From contig NC_043021.1 in assembly GCF_006345805.1 (NCBI RefSeq), positions 20,460,001 through 20,524,000 of the forward strand: a stretch of DNA of 64,000 nucleotides, written 5' to 3'. The notes under the pieces are model-generated. The model saw nothing but the letters and a program-made list of their open reading frames with translations, made no database searches and was not told the DNA's origin. Positions 25,611 through 36,775 of the stretch are shown piece after piece (within the stretch, counting starts at the first letter, position 1; each line of letters opens with the position of its first letter). Both the position numbers and the translations under genes were made by a program. The DNA is from Octopus sinensis. Its lineage: Eukaryota.

Positions 25611-27099
25611 TGTATTCCTATTGGACAACGATCTCAAGCTGCTGGTTTCTGATTGGATAACATCATCAGAATACTGGGTTCCTGGTAGGTATTGAGAGAG
25701 TTCTCACTAGTGTCAGACACTGATATAAAATGAGTTACGTTGGGCCTTTGAGAAGCAATGATAAGGGACTGAGAACTTTGAAGATACGCCATCTTTGAAT
25801 GTTGGGCCTCGTGGAGGCGATGACAAGTGACTGAAACCATGGCAATACGCTTGTCAAGCTAAGTGAAACCGTAGTCATGGCTGTTGCCAGTGTTATGTAA
25901 ACGGCACACATACCAGTGGCACATAGAAGCACCCATTACACTCTTGGAGTGGTTGGCATCAGGAAGGGCTGTAGAAACCATGCTAAATCAGACTAATATT
26001 CAATTGAACCAAATTCGATGACTGGCACCCGTGGCAGTGGAGTGCTAACAGCTCCATCCGAGCAGGATCGCTGTCAGGCTTCCGTGCCGGTGGCACGTAA
26101 AAAGCACCATTTGAACATGATCGTTACTGGCACTTGTGCCGGTGGTACGTGAACAAAACATTTGTCCGAGGTTGTTGCCAGTGCCGCTAGACTGACTCCT
26201 GTGCGGGTGGCATGTAAAGAACACCATTTGAGCGAGGCCATTGCCAGTAATGCCAGACTGGCCCTCGTGCTGGTGGCATATAAAAGCATCTACTACATTC
26301 GCGGAGTGGTTGGCGTTAGGAAGGGCATCCAGCTGTAGAAACTCTGCCAGATCAGATTGGAGCCTGGTGCAGCCATCTGGTTCGCCAGCCCTCAGTCAAA
26401 TTGTCCAACCCATGCCAGCATGGAAAGCAGACGTTAAACGATGATGAACCTGTTACAGCTCTCTGACTTACCAGTTCCAGTCAAACTGTCTAACCCATGC
26501 CAGCATGGGAAGTGGACATTGAATGATGATGATGATAAAAAAATTCTGACATGCTATAGTTACCTGACTACCGAGTTCCAAGCCTTTCTTTTTCATTACA
26601 ATGTTTATATTATCTAGTTACATGACACTCCACAGCAACAGTTTTCGCACAAAGACAGAATTAGAATTTGAATATATCCTAGCCATTAACATCTAACCCA
26701 ACCATTCTACCTCTTTTATGTTCAAACAGACCAGATCTAACTTCTCACACATACTCTACAATGTCATTGTAAGAAAAATTAACAATCACATCACTGAAAT
26801 CTTGAAGTTAAGAGACAATGCATGATTAATTCAAAATGGTGCTCGTGGCATGTAAAAAGCACTCAGGCCTCTTCGATGACATTACTGGACTTTTGGGTAT
26901 ATACATTATCCGAAAGTTGTATTCCTATTGGACAACTATCTCAAGCTGCTGGTTTCTGATTGGATAACATCATCAGAATACTGGGTTCCTGGTAGGTATT
27001 GTGAGAGTTCTCACTAGTGTCAGACACTGATACAAAATGAGTTACGTTGGGCCTTTGGGAGGCAATGATAAGGGACTGAGAACTTTGAAGATACGCCAT
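25611..27099 (+). repeat. 182-bp direct duplication (25611-25792 and 26918-27099)
   Basis: About 5 mismatches. Spans a unique-sequence/RTE junction. Confidence 0.9.
25740..26445 (+). mobile_element. RTE 3' end (ORF tip, 3' UTR and tail)
   Basis: Reverse-complement match to 22330-22800. Four hairpin modules. Confidence 0.8.
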
Positions 27100-27555
27100 G
27101 AAGATACTTGTGCTCTGTAAAGTGGTTAGCATTAAGAAGGGCATCCAGTCATAAAAACCATGTCAAAACAGACCTTGCTGATGCCATGTAAAAAGCACTT
27201 AGGACACTCTGTAAGGTGGCTGACATTATGAAGAGCATCCAGCTGTAAAAACCATGCCAAAACAGGCAGTGAAGCCTATTGCAGTCTTCTGGCTTGCCAG
27301 CTCCTGTCAACCCGTCCAACCCATGCCAGCATGGAAAAAACAGACGTTGAATGATGATGAATGTGAATGAATAATCATTACGTTTGATATTACTTCGAAT
27401 GCTAAAAGACTGAGTAGAAAATAAAAATTGGAGTTTCAGAAAGTAGTGGCACTCCATGTTTATTAAAAAAGAACCCAATAAATAAAATTCATTTCCCTCT
27501 CCACCACAACCCTACTCAGTTTGTATTTAGTTGCTTTTGTAATTTCTTTGCACCA

Positions 27556-27933
27556 AGCTGAGTGGCTGTGTGATAAGTGTCTTGCCGACCAACCACATGG
27601 TTCCGGGTTCAGTCCCACTGTGTGGCATCTTGGGCAGGTGTCTTCAACTATAGCCTCGGGCCGACCAAAGCCTTGTGAGTGGATTTGGTAGACGGAAACT
27701 GAAAGAAGCCCGTCGTATATATGTGTGTGTGTGTCTGTGTTTGTCCCCCTAGCATTGCTTGACAACCGATGTTGGTGTGTTCATGTCCCCGTTACTTAGC
27801 GGTTCGGCAAAAGAGACCGATAGAATAAGTACTGGGCTTACAAAAGAATAAGTCCCGGGGTCGAGTTGCTCGACTAAAGGCGGTGCTCCAGCATGGCCGC
27901 AGTCAAATGACTGAAACAAGTAAAAGAGTAAGA
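27556..27933 (+). mobile_element. SINE family A
   Basis: Near-consensus copy. Confidence 0.9.
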
Positions 27934-28492
27934 GTAAGCTTATCTCTCTCGTGGTAGGTCTCAGTGCAGCTCATACTCATATATATAAATGCACAACTAA
28001 CCTCATTTCTTCAAATACTGTTATTCCTTCCTACCCACCCAATTTTATGACATTATGCCAATCACCCGTAATTTCCTTTACTAAATCATCACAGTCATAA
28101 ACCCTTTAGCATTCAGATTATTCTGTCAAATGTAATGTCTATTCACATTGTTTTGAATGAATCATGCATTATCTTGTAGCTTTCGGGGATTCAATGATGT
28201 GATTGTTTATTTTGAAGATGTCACTGTAGGATAGGGGTGAGAGGACGGATCTGGTGGGCTTCAACTTAAAACAGGCAAACCACTCGTTAAGGTTGTCTCT
28301 ACAGAGATTCTATAGAAATAAAAGCCAGCACTGATTTTTGTTACGTTTCATATCTGAGATGTCAGATGTAAACAAACAATGAGATTGAAGATAAAAAGAA
28401 GGATAATAGGTATATATGCCATATTTTGGGAGTTTCTGCTTCTTCATCAGCACCCATCTAACCCTTTAATCATCCTTGAACACATTGCTTAA

Positions 28493-28713
28493 CCCTTTAG
28501 TGTTCAGATTACTCTGTTAAATGCAATATTTTTTTACTCAAATTGTTTTGAATTAATCATACATTTTGTTATAGCTTTTGAGGTTTCAATGATGTGATTG
28601 TTTATTTTTAGAATGTCAATGTAGGTTAGGTGTGAGAGGCCAGATATCGCCAGTTTGAATATAAAACATGTGGAATATTTGGGCCAGAAATGGCCGGTTT
28701 AAACACTAAAGGG
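28493..28713 (+). mobile_element. piggyBac-type MITE family 2
   Basis: TTAA TSD and CCCTTTAG...CTAAAGGG TIRs. Partial copies near 5230-5400, 16420-16630, 26700-26830, 28100-28270 and 34209-34414. Confidence 0.85.
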
Positions 28714-28855
28714 TTAAATAGCCACTAAATACAGCAGTGTAATGTTATTGGATATACCAATTTTACATATTAAATACATTCCTGGAAGCTGGTATATAAA
28801 TACTGTGTCCCTACAGGTCATTAAAATAGGGAGACTACTGGGGCTGGATGCTGCT

Positions 28856-29177
28856 GAGAACCCCTTCGGTCATGACTGACCATGGGATTGCACCTAGAAA
28901 GTTACCCCCTCCCAGGCACAAGTCCGGGCAAGGTTGTTTATGGAAGACCAGCAGTTGCCCGTGCATACCAGCCTCCCCTCTCCATGCCACCAGTGTTATC
29001 CAAGGGAAAGGCAAAGGGGCCGATACAGCTTGGCCCCTGTAACGTCGCAAGTCATTTCTAAACTGGAGCAACGTGAAATAAAGTGTCTTGCTCAAGAAAA
29101 CAACATGCAGCCCGGTCCGAGATTCGAACTCACAACCTCACGATCGTAAGCTCGACGCTCTAACCACTGAGCCATGG
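28856..29177 (-). mobile_element. tRNA-head SINE family D
   Basis: Intact A-box TGGCTCAGTGG and B-box GTTCGAATC, Meta-like box, distinct 3' body. Confidence 0.8.
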
Positions 29178-29794
29178 GGCTGGATATGGCTGGTTTAAAT
29201 GCCAAAGGGTTAACAACTGTTTGGTGTATATTTCATTTTCAGAGCAATTCTTTAACTCCTTCAGTGGTTTCGGTCATCTGGCAAATATCATTCACATGAC
29301 AGTCATACAATGGATTTGAACCGAGAACCCCACTGTGTAAAGTGAACTTCTTAACCAAACACACCTGCATTCATCAGCATCAACTTTATTTTGACAACTG
29401 CTTTCCCATGCTTGCTTGGGTTGAAGGGAGTTTACTGAGGCAGATTTTCTGCAGCTGGATACTCTTCCAGTCACCAACCTTCACCTATTTCTAATCACGC
29501 TAATATATACCCCACAGCCAGACACGTTCTTGCAGAACATGGATACGAACAACACTGCTTGTATGAAATGACACTCATTTACAATTATGTGATATAAAGA
29601 CAAGGAGACACAAACATACACTTCTACATATATGATTTTCTCCCCTCCATACACACACAAGCATGTATCTGACTCATGCATTGTTCGCTTTCCAGACATT
29701 TGTACATTACTGCATGTACTCTATACGCACTTTCTGACAAGTTGTGGTGCACCTGAGCACTGTATACAATAATTTCATTATTATTATTATTCAT

Positions 29795-30160
29795 CCGAAT
29801 CGTGGTTGATGCCAGCGCCGCCTCGACTGGCTTCCGTGCCGGTGGCACGTAAAAAGCACCATCCGAATTGTGGCCAATGCCAGTGCCGCCTTGACTGGCT
29901 TCCGTTCCGGTGGCACGTAAAATGCACCAATCCGACCATGGCCGTTGCCAGCCTCGCCTGGCACCTGTGCAGGTGGCACGTAAAAAGCACCCACTACACT
30001 CACGGAGTGGTTGGCGTTAGGAAGGGCATCCAGCTGTAGAAACACTGCCAGATAAGACTGGAGCCTGGTGCAGCCTCCTGGCTTCCCAGATCCCCAGTCG
30101 AACCGTCCAACCCATGCTAGCATGGAGAACGGACGTTAAACGATGATGATGATGATTATT
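29795..30160 (+). mobile_element. RTE 3'-UTR copy
   Basis: Three hairpin modules and a (GAT)n tail. Similar copies at ~6760-6945, 10282-10525, 15745-15960, 20285-20655, 39290-39480, 39530-39740, 45100-45430, 52885-53140, 58920-59260 and 62140-62370. Confidence 0.85.
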
Positions 30161-30389
30161 ATTATTCTGGGCTTCTTACAGTTTCTCTTTACTGAAAGTT
30201 TCACCCACAAGGCACAGTCAACGTGGGGCTATAGTAGAAGACACTTGCCCAAGGTGTCACGCAGTGAGACTGAACAGAAAACTGTGGTTCAGGGGTAAAC
30301 TTCTTAACAACACAGCCACCCATATATTATATTACAGAGAGAGAATATACAAAGAATTTTCATCCATTGATGTAATGTAATAAGTATAT

Positions 30390-30554
30390 AGGCGCAGGAG
30401 TGGCTGTGTGGTAAGTAGCTTGCTAACCAACCGCATGGTTCCGGGTTCAGTCCCACGCGTGGCATCTTGGGCAAGTGTCTTCTACTATAGCCCCGGGCCG
30501 ACCAATGCCTTGTGAGTGGATTTGGTAGACGGAAACTGAAAGAAGCCTGTCATA

Positions 30555-30613
<59 letters not shown>

Positions 30614-30835
30614 GTGTGTATGTGTTTGTGTGTCTGTGTTTGTCTCCCTAGCATTGCTTGACAACTGATGCTGGTGTGTTTACGTCCCCGTCACTTAGCG
30701 GTTCGGCAAAAGAGACCGATAGAATAAGTACTGGGCTTACAAAGAATAAGTCCCGGGGGTCGATTTGCTCGACTAAAGGCGGTGCTCCAGCATGGCTGCA
30801 GTCAAATGACTGAAACAAGTAAAAGAGTAAAAGAG
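30390..30835 (+). mobile_element. SINE family A
   Basis: Full-length copy with an expanded (TA)n core. Confidence 0.9.
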
Positions 30836-31170
30836 AGAGAGAATATACTACGAGTGCTCAGTTGAGTTTACCACTAAAGCTTTGGCTTGAACTACGACTG
30901 AAAAGTGTGGTGTTAAGACTGCCTTTCAAAGGCAGCTAGAAGTGGTTTCTCCTAAGTGGGCAGATATAGATGGAAATTAAAAATGGAAGCGCAAAACATT
31001 TGGCATCATTCAAAAATATATACAATGGGGCTTGCCTATCATTTGGATCTGGGATCTCTCACGCCTAAATGAAAATCATACTCCTAAGACTAACATATCC
31101 ACATGTCATATCTTTGAAGCCCCACATCTATTATATAAATTCCCATTGTGAATCCTATGTTCACCTGGAT

Positions 31171-31525
31171 CAGTAGTTCTCAACTGGAGTTCAGATGGCC
31201 CTTGAAGTTCTGTATAAGAGTTTGGAGGGTCCACACAACAAAACAGTGAATTGGGGATCCACAATAATATTGTAAGGGACCCTGAAGAAAGTTTGCTTTC
31301 AATGTATGTATTGAAAAGTAGTACAAGAAACAACTAGGTTTCCTTCTCGAACATTTTACAAAGTTCAACCTAAACAAGTGAATGTGTGAATAACAAAATA
31401 AGAATTTTGAAAGAAGTTTCTATAAAACTAATTTTTAAACATCGAATAGTCACGAGGGCCCACCAGAATAAAATAGTAATCAAAGGGGTCCATAGATAAA
31501 AAAAAAATATAGTTGAGAACCCCTG
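31171..31525 (+). mobile_element. hAT (Charlie-like) MITE
   Basis: TIRs cagtagttctcaact and agttgagaacccctg. 8-bp TSD acctggat and acctagat. Confidence 0.8.
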
Positions 31526-33257
31526 ACCTAGATTGTGAAAATATTTAAATTAGTAAAAGTAAAACATTCAATCATGTAGTGAGAAACAGGGTACCGTATC
31601 ATATGGTACCCTGACCATGATATGGAAGAAAGCCACCCGACCAAAAAAACAAAGACTAAACCCATCAAAGAAAAAGTGTTCATCTATTTAATAATTTTGT
31701 CCCATTTGATAGTGGGGTCTTGGTTTGGGAGTTTCAGGGTTTTTGAGTGCTATTGTCCCCTGCTTCACTCTGAACCGGAGTAGTAGCAATTGTGAGGGCG
31801 TAACCACTTGAGCCAGGGCTTGTCAAATCCGGGGATGCACTACTGTAAATACGAAGTATTTCGATAAAACAAATCTTATTGAGCCAATGGTGAATCTCAC
31901 AAGATGCTGAGCATTTGAGCAAACAGCAAACTGTTAATGGCAAGGATCAACCAGTCCAGCTAGCAAACAACTGCAATCATCTGTAGTAAGGGTGTGGGCA
32001 GATGAGATATTTCAGCTAGTGAAAGAGCAAGCCAAAGGTTCATGCCACACTGCTTGATTGGGACATCTGGCCTGGAGGAGCAGTGAGCCCTATCAGATCT
32101 CAAATCTGCCTGAAAACCACACCTTAACCATCTAATCCTTTAGCAGTCTACTCTAACAGTCATTTGACTGTGGCCATGCTGGAGCACTGCCTCGAATGTT
32201 TTCAGTTGATCAAATCAACCCCAGGATTTAAAAAAAAGTACTTATTCTATCGTTCAGCTAGTGTTAGGAACATAAATTGGGACTAAGGTTTGGTGGAAGA
32301 TTCTAATTCAAAACTTATGAAAACAAGACATTTGTACCTCAGAGACAGAGCCGGTTTCAGCTGGGTTGGTAACGAAAGAGTTAAATCACCTATTAGAAAC
32401 CAAAATTCTCAGCCTAGTATAAACGAAAACCATTTGACAATGTAATATAATACCATCCAACCATGAAGCATAGTTTAAACCCATTCAACCACGAAGTGGA
32501 GAACAATATCATCCAATCATATCTTACATTTTTTACTTGTTTCAGTCATTCAACAGTGGCTATGCTGGGGCATCACCTTGTAGGGTTTTAGCTGAACAAA
32601 CCATCATCATCATTGTTTAATGTCTGTCTCATTCCCTCAATACTTATTCTATTGGTCTCTTATGCTGAGCTGCTAAGTTACAGGGAAGTAAACAAGCCAA
32701 ACAGTAGTGGAGGATAAACACACACAGACACACACAATGAGCTTCTTTCAGTTTCCATTCACCAAATCCACTCGGTTGGTCTGTGACTTAGAAAACACTT
32801 GCCCAAGGTGCCACACAGTTGAATTGAACCCAAAACCAAGTGGTTCGGAAGCAAACTTCTTACCACACAGCCATGCCTGAGCCTATAAATACCACATCAA
32901 GGTTCCAGTATAGAATAATACCATTTAACCATGTAGCAGACACGATACTACCCAGCCACAGAGAATACTATTCAACAACATAGTACAGACCTAAACAATC
33001 CAACCATAGTCATCATGATCATCATCAACATCATTTAATGTTTGCTGTCCATGCTGGCATGGGCTGGATGATTTGACAACTGCTTTGGCATGGTTTCTAT
33101 GGCTGTATGCTCTTCCTAACACCAACCACTTTACAGAATGTACCGGGTACATTTTTTTGCAATATGCAAAAACCAAAGGGACTAAAGGCACCCCCTATCA
33201 CTGGAGGAAGGATGTAATGACTCTCGGTACAGTGATGAGAGAAACAGGTCTATAGTA

Positions 33258-33485
33258 GAGCTGGCAGAAACGTTAGCACGCCGGGCAAAATGTGTAGCCG
33301 TATTTCATCTGCCGCTACATTCTGAGTTCAAATTCCGCCGAGGTCGACTTTGCCTTTCATCCTTTCGGGGTCGATAAATTAAGTACCAGTTACGCACTGG
33401 GGTTCAATGTAATCGACTTAATCAGTTTGTCTGTCCTTGTTTGTCCTCTCTGTGTTTAGCCCCTTGTGGGTAGTAAAGAAATAGG
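33258..33485 (+). mobile_element. tRNA-head SINE family B (~235 bp, Nin/Deu-like central box)
   Basis: B-box GAGTTCAAATTCC and central GTCGACTTTGCCTTTCATCCTTTCGGGGTCGATAAATTAAGTACCAG. Other copies at ~13270-13500, 21780-22040, 24675-24830, 46450-46665, 51420-51590, 58625-58810 and 61145-61365. Confidence 0.85.
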
Positions 33486-34745
33486 TTTATAGTAGAATAA
33501 GATGAGGATGTGGGAGTAAAGGTAGACACAATTGGTGGAAGGGATTAGTGAGACGGGGATGGACAATGGTGAGGGTGATGAGGTGGATTATGTAAGGGGA
33601 ATCCAGGGCTATTTCACATAAAGGTACAGATGGAAGGTGTGTATGGAGGAAGAGATGATGACATCTCTCAGACATGACGGCAAAGGACTGAGATACCTGG
33701 CGCCAAGGAGACTCATCCTCCACAGCAGATGCACTTAGGCCACAACCCCTGGTGAAGATAGGCCTGCTAGAGTTTTGTATTAGTGCCATGTAGAAAGCAC
33801 TTGTTGCTGGTGCAGTGTCTCATTAAAAGCACCCAGAACACATTGGCATTAGGAAGGGCATCCAGCCATGGAAACCCAGCCAAATCAGACTAGAACCTGG
33901 TCCAGCCCTCCAGCTTGCTAAGCTCTGGTCCAACCGTCCAACCCATGCCAGCATGGAAAAACTGATGTTAAAGGATGACGATGATGATGATCGAGAGTCA
34001 CCAAAGGTAGAAGTATGGAAGGTCTCGGGATTAGACCTGAAGGGGAGAGATGAGAGGGTGTTGATAATGCAGAGAAACTGTAGGGAGAGGACAGCAAGAA
34101 AAAGGCAGAAGGGAGAGAGAGAGAGAGAGTGTGGTGGCTGGCATGTGAGAAAGTGTCACAGGTTGTGACAAGAGACATAAACAATGACAGGCAGAAAGTG
34201 CTTATTAACCCTTTAGCATTCAGCTTACTCAGTCAAATGAAATGCTTATTTATTCACATTGTTTTGAATTAATCACGCTTTATCTCATAGCTTCATGGTT
34301 TCGATGATGTGATTATTCATTTTAGAATGAGATTACAGGGTAGGTTTGAGAGGCTAGGTCTGCTTGGTTTGAACATTAAACAGGTTGGATATGGCCAGTT
34401 TAAATGCTAAAGGATTGAAGTAAAGAGATGCATGAAGATGGGGGAGGCCTAGTAAAGGAAAGTGGATGTAGTGATTGGAGGTGGTATAAGGGTGAATATT
34501 CATAAGTGGTGGAGAGATAAGATATGGAGGGGTATGAGAGATAGTGAGAATATACACTCCACCCAACTTTGCACAACCAGTTATCTCCCCCACCCATTAG
34601 AACCACCCCCTTTTAAAGAGCCATCCTTTGTTTTCAGTATTGTCCTTTCCCAATTTATTCTCCATTGATTATCATGTTGTATATCTCCAGTTATCTCTCC
34701 CTCTCCTTGGAGCTACACTTTAGGCCGGCTTCACCCCATCATTAA

Positions 34746-34966
34746 CCCTTTAGGGTTCAGATTATTCTGTCAAATGTGATGTTTGTTTATTTAAAATGGT
34801 TTGAATTAATCATGCATTATCTTGTAGTTTAGAGATTTCAATGATGTGATTTTTTTAGTTTTAGAATGACATGGTAGGGCTGAGGTGAGAGGCGAGATCT
34901 GGTCAGTTTCAATATAAAACAGGTTAAATATTTTGGCCAGATATGGCCGGTTTGAATGCTAAAGGG
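34746..34966 (+). mobile_element. piggyBac-type MITE family 2
   Basis: TTAA TSD and CCCTTTAG...CTAAAGGG TIRs. Confidence 0.85.
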
Positions 34967-35239
34967 TTAAATCCTCTCTTTTACTCCCTAACATTCTCAT
35001 ACCACATCTGCTGTCAACGCCCCACCCCATGCACTATAGTCATCCTTGCATGCTTCTAACATCCATCACTATCACTGTACACTTTACTCTCTTTCTCGCC
35101 CATACCCACTCTCACTTTGCACACCATCTCCCTATTTTGATCTACATACAGGTTTATTATATTGCTGCTCCCTACCTTTCCTGCACTACCACTTATCAAT
35201 CCCAACTTCCTGGATCCACCATCCCATACTGATATTTAC

Positions 35240-35655
35240 CTATTTCTTTACTACCCACAAGGGGCTAAACACAGAGAGGATAAACAAATGGATTAAGTCG
35301 ATTATATCAACCCCAGTGCGTAACTGGTACTAAATTTATCGACCCCGAAAGGATGAAAGGCAAAGTTGGCACACAGAAGTGACAAACGGATTACGTCGAT
35401 TATATCAACCCCAGTGCGTAACTGGTACTAAATTTATTGACCCCGAAAGGATGAAAGGCAAAGTTGGCACACAGAGGTGACAAACGGATTAAGTCGATTA
35501 CATTGACCCCAGTGCGTAACTGGTACTTAATTTATTGACCCCGAAAGGATGAAGGGCAAAGTCGACCTTGGCGGAATTTGAACTTAGAAAGTAGCGGCAG
35601 ACGAAATACCGCTAAGCATTTCGCCCGGCGTGCTAAGGATTCTGCCTGCTCGCGG
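35240..35655 (-). mobile_element. SINE family B with a triplicated internal segment
   Basis: The ~116-nt block cggatta..aaagttggcacacagag recurs three times before the head. Confidence 0.85.
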
Positions 35656-36014
35656 CCTTTCTGTCCCATACTGATATTTACCATTGAACACATTACCATT
35701 CACCTTAACACCCATATAACCATCTGTTACTTTCTTCGAATGAACTTATCCACCTACCCTCCCTGATTTTTTTTGCATTCTCTCATACTCACCTTGTATT
35801 TTTACAGTAAATTCTGACACCTTGTTGTCTTTCCTGCAACTCTGACCCACCCTTAATACAGGATAGCTATGTATCTCCTCTACAGCAAGACACTTGTGCC
35901 TGTCCCATTACACTTTAGCTTTTCAATTCATGGCATAAAGCCACCTCCCTCTTCATTGCAACCCCACTCAGTTGTTGGTGGTGGTGGGGACTTTGTCTTG
36001 CGAGCTTCTTGACA

Positions 36015-36775
36015 TAGGCGTAGGAGTGGCTGTGTGCTAAGTAACTTGCTTACGAACCATATGGGTCTGGGTTTAGTCCCACTGCATGGCACCTTGGGCA
36101 AGTGTCTTCTACTATAGCCTCGGGCCAACCAAAGCCTTGTGAGTGGATTTGGTAAGTGGAAACTGAAAGAAGCCCGTCATATATATGTGTGTGTATATAT
36201 ATATATTCAAGATTAATCAGCCGAAATTGCTAGGATGATCCGGTTCTCGACTGAAGATTGAAGGCTTCGAATGTCCTGTCCGTGTTTTTTGTATCATCTT
36301 CTAAATGTTTTACATTCTTGCCCCAGTTTGTATTTTTCTACATATATATATATATATATATGTTAGAAGTATTGGGGGTGATGTATAGATTTAATACACA
36401 TCAAAGAAAAAAGGTGTTCAGAATATTTATTTACATACCACATATTATTTATTCATATTAGCACTTTCAACTGCTCCTGTAAAGTGCTAATATGAAGAAA
36501 TAATATGTGATATGTAAATAAATATAAATTTTTACAACCATCCAGCATTCTGAACACCTTTTTTCTTTCATATATATATGTATGTGTTTGTCCCCTCAAC
36601 ATCGCTTGACAACCGATGCTGGTGTGTTTACGTCCCCGTAACTTAGCGGTTCGGCATAAGAGACTGATAGAATAAGTACTAGGCTTACAAAGAATAAGTC
36701 CTGGGGTTGATTTGCTCTCGACTAAAGGTGGTGCTCCAGCATGGCCACAGTCAAATGACTGAAACAAGTAATAGA
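36015..36775 (+). mobile_element. SINE family A split by a ~380-bp insert in its microsatellite core
   Basis: 5' half to ~36200, 3' half from ~36580. Confidence 0.8.
36403..36568. repeat. Long fold-back inverted repeat
   Basis: Arms of ~65 bp around a 13-nt loop, with a ~20-nt bulge in the right arm. Confidence 0.85.

Noticed and set aside
25640-25680. CTGATGA...GAAA on the minus strand (also at ~26947-26987) as a hammerhead or C/D snoRNA
   Set aside because: No stem II/III or NUH arrangement. It folds as a simple TTCTGAT/ATCAGAA hairpin and no D box was found.
26560-33000. Several micro-exon-like minus-strand segments (near 26565-26615, 27385-27415, 28035-28080, 32890-32965)
   Set aside because: They could not be chained into a consistent, recognisable reading frame.
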